Assembly (NCBI GenBank): GCA_963675525.2
Contig: CAXXSL010000011.1
Span: forward strand, 128,001 to 192,000
DNA: 64,000 nucleotides
Origin: Anaerohalosphaeraceae bacterium
Lineage (GTDB): Bacteria; Planctomycetota; Phycisphaerae; Sedimentisphaerales; Anaerohalosphaeraceae
Direction: 5' to 3'
Positions 10,216 to 19,935 of this stretch are shown here, one piece after another; within the stretch, counting starts at the first letter, position 1, and the number at the start of each line of letters is the position of its first letter. A model generated the notes under the pieces. The model did not search any database and was not told where the DNA came from. It worked only from the letters and a program-made list of their open reading frames with translations. A program made the translations under genes and the position numbers.

Positions 10216-11058
10216 TTAAGGTCTTGGAATATACCCGCTAACCATCCAATCCAGATCCTCATTGTTAAGCGATGCCGCATCGACACCGATCTCGCCTTTG
10301 ATCAGCTGAATTGTCTTCTGATCCTGCCAGCGATGACGCTCGGCATGACCGTCCGCAAAGCCGGTCGTACTGCTGCCATTGTGGTAACCCGCCGGGACAT
10401 CCCACCATTTATATTGTGTCCCGTAGAGCAGCACAAAACTGCCGGCATTGACATATTGACCTTTGCAATCTTCCTCCACGAACACATGTTTATTGCCGGG
10501 AGATGAGATTTCGTTTATTTTCGTTACAAGACGCAGTTCCTTTGGGGTGCTGCTTGTCTGCGAAGTTATGGCCGTTCGATAGACAAATTGATTGCCGGTT
10601 TTACTCACAAAATCCTCCCCGTTCATCAGGCCGGTAATGGAATAACTGCGAAAGCTCGCACGCGGTTCAGCATATTTTACAACCTTCTTATCCCCGGAGC
10701 AATGATACAGGTTTTCATCTTGTGTATAAGGAAACAGTTTGCCTGCACGAATACCGTTTTTTCGGGTTTCGAGAGAATACTCAGCTTCACTTGACGGCGA
10801 CCCATTGGTGTTCCTGGGGTATTCCACCCAGCGATAAGGAGTAGAGTTATAATTCGAACCGCCGACAATGTAGGAATCGTTATCCCCCGCATACCCTACC
10901 CAGGCCATACATAATTGCCGTTGATGGGCAGCACACACCACCCCGCTGGCCAGTTCCTTAGCCGCTCCCAACGACGGGAGAATCACCGCCATCAGCAACG
11001 CAATAATCGCGATCACAACTAACAGCTCGATCAGTGTAAATCCTTTTAATTTTTTCAT
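10216..11058 (-). CDS. Prepilin-type N-terminal cleavage/methylation protein with H-X9-DG motif (DUF1559-like pseudopilin)
   Basis: MKKLKG|FTLIELLVVIAIIALLMAVILPSL; YHNGSSTTGFADGH is H-X9-DG; ORF track extends to 11091. Confidence 0.93.
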   Translation of the reverse strand: MKKLKGFTLIELLVVIAIIALLMAVILPSLGAAKELASGVVCAAHQRQLCMAWVGYAGDNDSYIVGGSNYNSTPYRWVEYPRNTNGSPSSEAEYSLETRKNGIRAGKLFPYTQDENLYHCSGDKKVVKYAEPRASFRSYSITGLMNGEDFVSKTGNQFVYRTAITSQTSSTPKELRLVTKINEISSPGNKHVFVEEDCKGQYVNAGSFVLLYGTQYKWWDVPAGYHNGSSTTGFADGHAERHRWQDQKTIQLIKGEIGVDAASLNNEDLDWMVSGYIPRP

Positions 11059-11135
11059 GTCCGGCTTATCCTTACTATAAATCCAATTCATTTTCGAGCC
11101 GACCTCTTACAAACCATCTTTCTATCCGCAATAAT

Positions 11136-11166
11136 AAGCCGGAACCTCACATCGAGGCTCCGGCTT
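11136..11166 (-). terminator. Stem-loop 3' of the LamG gene (terminator or stabiliser)
   Basis: AAGCCGGAGCCTC-GATGT-GAGGTTCCGGCTT followed by ATTATT on the minus strand. Confidence 0.65.
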
Positions 11167-11195
11167 TACTTTCACACAACAAAACCAAGCCCCGC

Positions 11196-13433
11196 TTACG
11201 GGACCGGGTAAAATCCATCATTGAGCCAACTGGCCGCAAACCCGGCAAAATCGGCCAGATCGACCTTACAGTACGATGTGCCGGTATTGTCCGCATTGAA
11301 ATCACTGCCGGCAAAGCCCGTATAGATACAGCCGGGATTACCGGTTATATCATAGTATTCCTGGGCAATATCTTCAGCTGCAACTTCATAGTTATATACT
11401 CTCAAGTTGTCAATCAGCCCATCGAAATAACTGCCATCGTGGGATGCACCAATCAGCATGCTGTTGTCTGTCCAGGCGCTGAATGTATTTGCAACGCCGG
11501 TACCCGTGGTGGCGATCAGGCTGCCGTCCACGTACGTCTGCATGATTCCGGCCATGTCCCAGGTTACCGCCATCATGTGCCAATTGCCGTCTCCGGCAAT
11601 ATTGAAGGGGTCGACCCATCCCGGTCTCCACGACTGCCAGAACACTGCTCCATTGTCCGCGTCACCCCAGATAAAGGACTGTATGTTTGTATTCACACCA
11701 TCAGTTGCGATCGCAAACTGGAACGATGTAGTTGGCCAGCCCGCATTGGTGTTCGACAGAATCGGAGCTTCAGTCGCAGGTGCGGTGTCCAGTTTGACCC
11801 AGCACATGACGGATCCGACATCCAGTCCGCCGCCGACACCGCCGGCTTCAAGCAAGTCAGCACGTGGGAAGGCTTTGTTATTGTTGTTGGGGTCACCGTC
11901 GCCCAGGTCCACATACTGAGTGGCACCATCCAGGGACAACGCTGAACCGCCGTCTACCCCGGCGACGTAGCTGGGAGAACCAACTTCCGTGCCGTTATAC
12001 CCACTGCCGCTGCTGTCGGTCGCGTCACCATCAAACAGGTATTCAGCAACCTGACGTTCGACCACAAGCGAAACAACATCGGAATAGACATCCGGTTCTG
12101 TGCCCCCTAATCCGCCGGAAACCGTGGATGCATTCGCCACCCGGCAGTAATAGTACGCCTGATAGGCCTTATTATGAGTCGTAATTGTCAACGTATCGGT
12201 ATCTGCTCCGAGGCCTGAGATCGGATTATCGCCCGGATCATTAATCTCACCATCCAGCGAGTAAAACCACTGATACTGCGGCGTCGTATTACTTGTTACC
12301 GCAATCGTGAACTGTGCATTCGCATCGTCAATACCGAATCGGGTATTGACCGGCTGGGTGTCGATCACAGGGATCGTGCTCAGGGTAGCAAAGGTCCAAA
12401 CCGGGCCGATGATATTGTTGGGGTCCACATCATCCAGGGTGCTGACACCCACCGTCAATAATGCATTATCAGCACCGTTATGTGCATACCCATCCATCGC
12501 CTCCACAACAGTCCAGTAATAACTGCTGTTGATAGGCAGAACCATTGTACCATATTCAGAATTCGGATCGTCTATTCCCGGATCAATACCGGTTGCACCA
12601 ACATAATACAGGTTCGCATCAGCGACATTCAACGTTGACATGAAGACGTATTCATCGACAATGTCAGGATTGACTGTGTAAACAATGTTCGGGTCAGGGA
12701 GGCGTCCTCCCGGATCCTTACCTGCTTTCCAATTCAGAGTAAGATCCACATAATCCGTGTCGACATTGAAGTCCTGTACGATAGACGGACCATAAGGTCC
12801 ATAGGTATCAATGACACCATCGGGGTATATCCAGATATTGTCAATATACATGGTGAGAGGGCCCTCGCCTGTATTTAAGACAATGCCAATGTTGTAGTAA
12901 CCCTCGTAAGATGTATCTAACGCAGATTGTAACGACGCCTGTAATGGTGCAAGCGGAATAGCCCAGGGGTGAGGTGCACCATCGAAATACTCCGCTGGAA
13001 CAGCTACCCATCCGGCCTTGTCCCAACTAGGACCGACTGGAGCGCCATTGTTGGTAGAATATCCGATTTCCGCCCATCCCCCAGGTACCGTTTCAAAAGT
13101 CACATCGAAGCCAAGGACCGCACCATCATCGGCTGCTAATGCAAAAACGTCAAATTTATTAGCGAGTTCATTAATTGGGTATGCAATTCCAGGTCCCCAT
13201 CCACCCAGGTCAGAAGTGCATTTTAAAGAGTGAGTTCCCCGTGTTGTTGTCACCGCAGGAACCGTGACATCGTCCACCACCGTACCGTCACCATACCAGT
13301 AGTCATATCGACCGGGTTCTGAACCAACCTCACCATCTTCAAAGTCACCGATCAACATCGGGTCTAAGGCAAAGCTGCTGGACACCAGCCCCAATACAAC
13401 CACCATACAAAATAATCCTAACAATTTCTTCAT
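11196..13433 (-). CDS. Secreted multidomain protein: N-terminal CBM-like domain, Ig-like domain, LamG jelly-roll, single dockerin-like C-terminal repeat
   Basis: Signal peptide; IDTQP..YYCRVAN Ig domain; YLFDGDATDSSG..WHMMAVTWD..DGLIDNLRVY LamG; CKVDLADFAGFAASWL; ORF track start 13451. Confidence 0.85.
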   Translation of the reverse strand: MKKLLGLFCMVVVLGLVSSSFALDPMLIGDFEDGEVGSEPGRYDYWYGDGTVVDDVTVPAVTTTRGTHSLKCTSDLGGWGPGIAYPINELANKFDVFALAADDGAVLGFDVTFETVPGGWAEIGYSTNNGAPVGPSWDKAGWVAVPAEYFDGAPHPWAIPLAPLQASLQSALDTSYEGYYNIGIVLNTGEGPLTMYIDNIWIYPDGVIDTYGPYGPSIVQDFNVDTDYVDLTLNWKAGKDPGGRLPDPNIVYTVNPDIVDEYVFMSTLNVADANLYYVGATGIDPGIDDPNSEYGTMVLPINSSYYWTVVEAMDGYAHNGADNALLTVGVSTLDDVDPNNIIGPVWTFATLSTIPVIDTQPVNTRFGIDDANAQFTIAVTSNTTPQYQWFYSLDGEINDPGDNPISGLGADTDTLTITTHNKAYQAYYYCRVANASTVSGGLGGTEPDVYSDVVSLVVERQVAEYLFDGDATDSSGSGYNGTEVGSPSYVAGVDGGSALSLDGATQYVDLGDGDPNNNNKAFPRADLLEAGGVGGGLDVGSVMCWVKLDTAPATEAPILSNTNAGWPTTSFQFAIATDGVNTNIQSFIWGDADNGAVFWQSWRPGWVDPFNIAGDGNWHMMAVTWDMAGIMQTYVDGSLIATTGTGVANTFSAWTDNSMLIGASHDGSYFDGLIDNLRVYNYEVAAEDIAQEYYDITGNPGCIYTGFAGSDFNADNTGTSYCKVDLADFAGFAASWLNDGFYPVP

Positions 13434-13520
13434 CTCATTACCCTTTCGCAATTAAAATACATATCTAATCGTATAACATAACAAAACAAGCCCCAACAGC
13501 TATGCGCTGCCAGGGAGTAT

Positions 13521-15233
13521 TTATTTCGTGGATTCCATTTCAAATCTCATGTCAGCCAGGCCGCAGGAATCATAATGATTTTCATTATTGCCCGGGGAAC
13601 GGATAATACCCCCGTCGGTAACCACAATGGACAAAAACCGGTCTCCTGCCGCCAGGGGCACGTCCAGGCCGATCAGGCTGTCCCAATGGACCCTTTCAGC
13701 CTTCGTCCGGAGCTGACCGTCCACAACGATCCACACGTCAAACTCTGTGTAATTAAGCGTGAGCTGCTCTGCAGGCATGATCGCAAATCCCCGGAAAGAG
13801 AAAAGCGTTCCAACCGTGCCCTGAAGCCGGCGAATCGACTGGCCGGGAAACTGCCGGCGAACGGCATCCAGATTAAATGTTACTCCGATATTGGAATGCA
13901 TAAACACAACATCGGGAGTAAAATTCAAGTTTCGCTGTTTTTGATAAAGCTCCGCGACGGACGGTGCGTATTTCCAGTTCTTGTCAAAACACAAATGATA
14001 ATAATAGAATCCGGTAGTAGCGGGGCATTCAGCAAAAACATGCCCTTCGGAACTGACGACCTGATTTTTCCCATTCGGAACAAAAATTCCGTCGATGAAT
14101 GTATTGGAGCTTACTTTCTGGTAGGGATTGTTTATGGTTCGATATTGACCGGTGGGATCGGTTATTTTTTGGCCGGTACTGACAGCATAGATCTCGGATT
14201 TTTCCTGCGAAGTCCCGTGTCCATTTCCACCCATGACCAGATCAGCTAAACTGGCCAGACTGACCGGACGACCATACACAACACAGTTTTCCTTGGATGA
14301 AATCTTCTGCGCAAACTGATATTCCTTAAATTCCGCCGCTTTGATCATCGCAGTACCGGTCTCAGTTTTCCTCGCCTGATGCCGCGTAAGAATTTCGCTG
14401 GCCTTCGGCTGTTCACCGCTACCGGCGATCAGGTTGACCTTTCCTTCAAAAACATGGACTTCGCTTGATCCATCGGCCAGGGTTTGCACACCGAAATTCG
14501 TTCCCAGATCCACGACGCACGATGAAGGCGTATCAATGGTAAAACCAATCGCCTTATTCGGCACATGCGCAAAGGCCTTGCCCATCTGGAGGATCATTTT
14601 GTCAGCAGACAACGGTGTAAACTCGGCAGGGCCTTCCACGACCACTTCCGCACCATAATCGAACGTCAAGGTAACAAATCCCGACAACAACTTCAGGGGT
14701 TCATTCAATACATGATCACCTTTCTTGAGATCACCCACTTTACCCTCCCACTGACAGTTCATGCAGTCCGTCAACGTCGCTACCTCTATTTTGGGGACCG
14801 GCATGAAGCGGAGAAAGAGAGCCATGATCAGTACGGCGGCAATGGCTGACACCAGACTGAACAGAGAGAATTTGTTTGGTTTTCTTTTCTCCGGCAATAC
14901 GACGAGCCGCGCTGAATGCATCTCCACCTCCTTGCATTCCTCCTCGACTTCCATCGCCTCCGCCGTCAATTCATAATGCGCCAACTCCTCCCACAACTGC
15001 ATATCGAGCAAATTGCATTCGTCACTGTTTTGCAGGACCGCCTCTTTTTCATGCAGGCGGCGGAGATGGGTATGAACCTGTAATATCTCCACATAATATT
15101 GTCGAGCCTGAGGATTTGACAGGATCAACTGATCCAGATACTCGGCCTCTCTGGCAGTAATATTGTTATCCAGTGATTTCGAGAGTAAATATCGAACGGA
15201 ATATAATGTCTTTGTATTCGAATCCATTGTCAT
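13521..15233 (-). CDS. FecR-family anti-sigma sensor with C-terminal NPCBM-like domain
   Basis: Single TM helix; GAEVVVEGPAEF, GFTIDTP, VDLGTNFGV, EVHVFEGKV; ATGA overlap with the sigma gene stop. Confidence 0.9.
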   Translation of the reverse strand: MTMDSNTKTLYSVRYLLSKSLDNNITAREAEYLDQLILSNPQARQYYVEILQVHTHLRRLHEKEAVLQNSDECNLLDMQLWEELAHYELTAEAMEVEEECKEVEMHSARLVVLPEKRKPNKFSLFSLVSAIAAVLIMALFLRFMPVPKIEVATLTDCMNCQWEGKVGDLKKGDHVLNEPLKLLSGFVTLTFDYGAEVVVEGPAEFTPLSADKMILQMGKAFAHVPNKAIGFTIDTPSSCVVDLGTNFGVQTLADGSSEVHVFEGKVNLIAGSGEQPKASEILTRHQARKTETGTAMIKAAEFKEYQFAQKISSKENCVVYGRPVSLASLADLVMGGNGHGTSQEKSEIYAVSTGQKITDPTGQYRTINNPYQKVSSNTFIDGIFVPNGKNQVVSSEGHVFAECPATTGFYYYHLCFDKNWKYAPSVAELYQKQRNLNFTPDVVFMHSNIGVTFNLDAVRRQFPGQSIRRLQGTVGTLFSFRGFAIMPAEQLTLNYTEFDVWIVVDGQLRTKAERVHWDSLIGLDVPLAAGDRFLSIVVTDGGIIRSPGNNENHYDSCGLADMRFEMESTK

Positions 15234-15775
15234 TCTTCCCAAGCCAGAACACGGCGGGTACATCCCAGCAATAAATTAAGCAAATGTGCGCCCTGGCGAT
15301 AAACCGCATCGGTCGAGAGGCCCACTTTCTGGGCGACTATTTTGGCAGTAACCCCCTCACTGTATCGCATTTTAAGAAACTGCCGTTCCTTTTCGGACAG
15401 TTTCTTCAAGCAATCCCGCAAAGCACTCAGACGGTCGCCCTTCTCATCCTGCATTTTCTGTGTTTCCGAGATCAGCAGGTCATACGCCTTATCGCTGAGC
15501 AGCAGACGGGAGCGATTGAGTTTGTTTTTTCGATATTTCAGCACCTGAAACTTGGCAATTGTAACTGCCCAGGACACATAATTTGTTCCCGGTTCAAACC
15601 GGTCGTAATTCTTCCACATCAAGGTTGCTGTTTCCTGCATAAGATCATCCGCATCCGAATCATGAGGAACCATCGTAATAATAAACGCATAGATCCGGTT
15701 ATAATTAGCCGTAAGGAGGTTTACAAAGGAAGCCCTTCTGTCATCAAGAAAATCACTGTTTTCTTTTTCATTCAT
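15230..15775 (-). CDS. ECF sigma-70 factor (Planctomycete/Verrucomicrobia type)
   Basis: DADDLMQET..MWK..FEPGTNYVSWA; LRDCLKKL..MRY region 4; ORF track start 15847. Confidence 0.93.
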   Translation of the reverse strand: MNEKENSDFLDDRRASFVNLLTANYNRIYAFIITMVPHDSDADDLMQETATLMWKNYDRFEPGTNYVSWAVTIAKFQVLKYRKNKLNRSRLLLSDKAYDLLISETQKMQDEKGDRLSALRDCLKKLSEKERQFLKMRYSEGVTAKIVAQKVGLSTDAVYRQGAHLLNLLLGCTRRVLAWEE

Positions 15776-15960
15776 CTTCAACTCTCTTTGTATCCTTATA
15801 ATCGTTAAGCAACACACACGTTCCTTTAAAACCTTCCCAAACAGCAATAGTCAGAGAACCGGAAATTTGTGTTTTTTTTTCGATTCATGCAGATTTTCCT
15901 GCATTTTGTCCCCTCTCAGGTAAACACCGGTACGATATGTAACGGATCGACCTGTTGAAT

Positions 15961-16007
15961 AAAAAAGCGGACTCGAATAATCATGATGATCCCTCAAGCC
16001 CGCTTTT
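15961..16007 (-). terminator. Intrinsic terminator after the PEP-CTERM gene
   Basis: AAAAGCGGGCTTGA...TCGAGTCCGCTTTTTT, a long stem with G-U pairs and a U tract. Confidence 0.75.
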
Positions 16008-16031
16008 AATTTATTGCTAACAGTACTGATA

Positions 16032-16721
16032 TTAGCGTTTGCGTCTGATCAGAGACAATCCACCCAGTCCCAGCAGAGCCAGCGTAGCCGGCTCAGGAAC
16101 GGCGATCTGGACATTGTCAATGTAAAAAGTTGCGCCGGCGTCAAAAAGAAGAGTCGTTTCGCCGGTAATCGGATCCGCGTCGCTCCATACGTCTCCGGCA
16201 GAGTTGCTCATGATACCAAGGTTGGAACCCCAACCCGAAGCCCCCGCCAGGACAGCAGCCATGGCATCAGCAGGAAGCTGGAGGCTAATACTCACTGTTT
16301 CGCCATTAATAAGCTTCCCGTCCGCCCAAACAGGAGCGTTCCAATAGCCGTCGGCGTTTATCAGGAGACCGACTGAAGCATCGTAGCCATACTCTGTGAC
16401 ACCGTCTGTGCCGAGTACATTCCATGAAGCGGTCACATCGAAAGTTACGGTTCCTACTGTGCTTAACCCGCCCAGCAATTCAGCATTACCTGAAATGTTC
16501 ATTTCCATCATGTCGTTCCATCCGCCATCAGCGCAGTCAGCCTCCATGGACCATGTGCCCAAGGTAGCATTACTTTCAACTGGCGTAAGTACCGTACCCC
16601 AGCCTGTCCACCAACCATCCATGCTGCCACCTTCAAAATCACCGACGAGGACATTATAATCGCCAAAACTCACTGACGCCATCGCCAGTACACACACTGA
16701 TACTAATAGTTTTCTTTTCAT
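16032..16721 (-). CDS. PEP-CTERM sorting domain protein
   Basis: Signal peptide; ends VPEPATLALLGLGGLSLIRRKR; GAGGAG RBS. Confidence 0.95.
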   Translation of the reverse strand: MKRKLLVSVCVLAMASVSFGDYNVLVGDFEGGSMDGWWTGWGTVLTPVESNATLGTWSMEADCADGGWNDMMEMNISGNAELLGGLSTVGTVTFDVTASWNVLGTDGVTEYGYDASVGLLINADGYWNAPVWADGKLINGETVSISLQLPADAMAAVLAGASGWGSNLGIMSNSAGDVWSDADPITGETTLLFDAGATFYIDNVQIAVPEPATLALLGLGGLSLIRRKR

Positions 16722-16909
16722 CTCACCTACTCCTCATTAAACTTTTACATTGTTTAATAACTACACGTAATCACACACTTTCACACACACACTTCATAGA
16801 AACGTCGGGATTACCCCATAGCAATAGCTACAGTATACCAAAAATCGCAATCTTTTTTTTTATTTTCTCGGGTTTTTTACCTATCTATTTAACTTTTAGC
16901 TTAGAAACA

Positions 16910-18772
16910 CTAATACGACAAGCCATATCCAAAATCAAACAGTGGTTTGTAATCCTTATCACCAAGATTGATCGGGATCTGAGACATGGACCGCGGCCAG
17001 GTAAATGAGAGCTTACCGGTCGGTTTATAGTCACCCAACAGGACATCTGCAACCCCCTGCCCTTCTGTTCCGGGGAGCCAGGCTGCAATAAAGGCATCAG
17101 CTTGTTCCAACACTTCGTTAATGATCATCGGACGTCCCGAAAACAGGACAACAACCACCGGAATCTGCGCATTCTTCATGTTCTTAACCGCTTCAAGATC
17201 CTCTTGTGCCAATGACAGGTTGTTCGTGTCGCCGTAACCTTCTGCATAGGGGGTTTCGCCGATAACCACCACGCCAATATCCGCTCCTGAAGCCCCCTTG
17301 CCGTTTTCAGAAAATGTCACCTGAGTATCTTTAGAAACGGCCTTTTTGATCGCTCCCAAAACGGTCGTACCACCGGTGGTCACATCGCCGGATTTGCCCT
17401 GCCACTGAATGGTCCAACCGCCGCACTGATTGCCGATATTATCCGCACTCTTGCCGCCCACATGAATCCGTGTTGCCTTCTTTGAGATCGGCAGCGTTTT
17501 ATTTTCATTTTTCAGCAGCACAAGGGACTCGCGCACCGCCTGGCGGGCGACTTGCCGATGGGCATCTGAACCGAATTCTTTATGCAGATTCCGGTCGGCT
17601 TTAAGATCGTAGTCCGGTTCCATCAGCCCCATGGCAAACTTAACCCGAAGGATACGCCGAACCGCATCATCGATCCGCGACATCGGCACGACACCCTCGT
17701 TAACCAGTTCTAACAATCGACCGAAAAATTCACGATAGTGTTTCGGCTCCATGGCCATGTCCATGCCCGCATTGACGGAAATCCCAATAGACTTTTTGAA
17801 ATCCGGATCAATCTGCTTGATCGCCTCATAATCGGAGATCAAAAAACCCTCAAAGCCCAATTCTTCTTTTAAAACCGTCGTTAGAAGGTATTTTTGGCCG
17901 GAACACTTCACCCCGTTCCAACTGCTGTAGGAAGGCATGATGGAACCAACCCCGGCCTGGATCGCTGACGGATACGGACGCAGGTGAATTTTTCGCAGCG
18001 TCTCTTCATCAACCCGCGTGTCTCCCTGATCAAGTCCTTTTCTATCTTCCGACGACCCAAATGCCGTTCCTCCATCGCCCACGTAATGCTTGGCACAGGC
18101 AAGAACTGATTCCGGGTCATTTAGATCATTTCCCTGGAGTCCGCGTACTGCCGCGGCTCCGAGAAGCGCTGACAACTTTGGATCTTCTGAAAATCCTTCA
18201 TAGGTCCGGCCCCATCGCTCATCCTGCGGAACCGTCACACAGGGAGCAAAGGTCCACTGGATTCCTGTCGCACGAACTTCTTTTGCGGTGATCCGTGCCA
18301 TCTCTTCGACCAGAGCGGGGTTCCGCGTACACCCCAGCCCGATATTATGCGGAAAGATCACAGCCCCGAGTACATTGCTGTGTCCGTGCACCGCATCGAT
18401 CCCGTAGAGCAACGGAATTTTCAAACGGGTTAACTGCGTGTGCTGCTGCAGTTGTTCATACATATCTGTCCAAGCCTCCACACTGTTGCCGGCTTCGGGG
18501 TCCGAACTGCCGCCGCTGAGAATGGAACCGAGAAAATACATATCTATGTCAGCCGGATCTTTCAGCCCCGCATTTTCGGCCTGAATCATCTGACCGATCT
18601 TTTCTTCGATCGTCATCTTTGCCAATAGTACATTGACCTGCGAATCGTAAGAAGCAAGCGATTGAGGTTGGAACTCCGAGAGCCTGTTTTGGCAGGAAGT
18701 CAGAAGAGCTGTTAATAACGACACACACAACAAGACTGCCACACGGCGGTAGAAAAAATCATGTTTCTTCAT
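16910..18772 (-). CDS. GH3 beta-glucosidase, probable lipoprotein
   Basis: LTSC lipobox; [47 protein letters not shown] track start 18826. Confidence 0.93.
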   Translation of the reverse strand: MKKHDFFYRRVAVLLCVSLLTALLTSCQNRLSEFQPQSLASYDSQVNVLLAKMTIEEKIGQMIQAENAGLKDPADIDMYFLGSILSGGSSDPEAGNSVEAWTDMYEQLQQHTQLTRLKIPLLYGIDAVHGHSNVLGAVIFPHNIGLGCTRNPALVEEMARITAKEVRATGIQWTFAPCVTVPQDERWGRTYEGFSEDPKLSALLGAAAVRGLQGNDLNDPESVLACAKHYVGDGGTAFGSSEDRKGLDQGDTRVDEETLRKIHLRPYPSAIQAGVGSIMPSYSSWNGVKCSGQKYLLTTVLKEELGFEGFLISDYEAIKQIDPDFKKSIGISVNAGMDMAMEPKHYREFFGRLLELVNEGVVPMSRIDDAVRRILRVKFAMGLMEPDYDLKADRNLHKEFGSDAHRQVARQAVRESLVLLKNENKTLPISKKATRIHVGGKSADNIGNQCGGWTIQWQGKSGDVTTGGTTVLGAIKKAVSKDTQVTFSENGKGASGADIGVVVIGETPYAEGYGDTNNLSLAQEDLEAVKNMKNAQIPVVVVLFSGRPMIINEVLEQADAFIAAWLPGTEGQGVADVLLGDYKPTGKLSFTWPRSMSQIPINLGDKDYKPLFDFGYGLSY

Positions 18773-19209
18773 CGAAAATCCTTTTTGCTGATAGTAATAA
18801 CATCTTTTTAGTTTGTAATAACTCACGCTTTCATAGTTGGAATTACCTATCTTTATATAGCCTTAAAATAAGGATTTAAGGAAAAAAAACAAATTTCTTG
18901 CTAAAATCACGAACAGTTTGCTTGTAACTGACTATTAAATAGAAACTTAAAAATTTTAAGTCATTGCTGTAAAGAGACCATCGGTGAAACACTTAAGGTG
19001 AGGGCGTTGTTTCCTTTTGTAATAAAAAACTCAACAGAATATACTCCGAATGACTGATCCAGGCATTTCGGGGTTTGGTTTAATCCCATTTAGATTTCAA
19101 ATCACCGCTGCCAGTGCCCAACTCTAATTAGTGCTTGTACTCTCGAAGATCCAAATACCTAATTGTAGACCTCAATTCCAATTCAGGTACAGTGACTTTC
19201 ATGTCCGGA

Positions 19210-19238
19210 ATTATAGCACATGTTGAATGAAAGCGCAA
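19210..19238 (-). promoter_or_regulatory. Sigma70-type promoter
   Basis: TTGCGC-17 nt-TATAAT with extended -10 TG. Confidence 0.55.
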
Positions 19239-19435
19239 TTATTTTTTTATATCTTTGTCTCAAGATTCAGATCAACAAATTAGGATTCCCGGAAGGAGAC
19301 TTGTATTTTCTGTTTTTGAACCAGTCAAGGCATGTGTATTTTCGTTCCTCAACAAAGCATCGTTACAATGCATATAACAACAGCTAATCCATACGGTTCA
19401 ACGAAAACCTTTTTTTCTTACCTTTCGATATAGTA

Positions 19436-19890
19436 TTAAGAATTACTGATGAAACTATCAACTTCATCGCAGGTTGGCATAGACGGCTGCGCACCTAAGT
19501 TTGTTACACTGATAGCAGCAAACTATTTGCATAAACCGTTGCATCCTTTATTGACTTCCCATAAGCCATACCAGAGGCTGGAGCACCAGTAAAAGCATCG
19601 CCTGCGGGAGTACTGTCGATGGCTTTGAAGGGTCTGTTTGCCACATATTCAGCACCGGAGGCATTTGCCAGCACGAAATCTTTTTCACCTAAAGTCACAA
19701 TTACATCCTTAACACTTTTAGCCAACAGCAACTCTGCGGCTTGGCGAGCAGTATCCTGGTCTACTACTTCGACACCGGTAAGAAATTCAGCCTCAGTTTC
19801 ATTTGGCTTAATCACATCGACCCTAGATAATAACTCATCGCTTAATTCTGTTTCAGGCGCCGGGTCTGAAATAAATGGAACGTACACTTT
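19436..19890 (-). pseudogene. rbsK: Ribokinase (PfkB) C-terminal remnant
   Basis: DPAP, PNETEA, VTLGEKD, DSTPAGDAF; frameshifted tail AAISVTNLGAQPSMPT; N-terminal half absent. Confidence 0.8.
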
Positions 19891-19935
19891 TATTCCGCCG
19901 TTTACATTTTAGAGTCTGTCTATTGGTGGTTATTT

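Noticed and set aside
16771..16793. (CA)n tract in the leader of the PEP-CTERM gene
   Set aside because: Short and interrupted; too weak to claim phase variation
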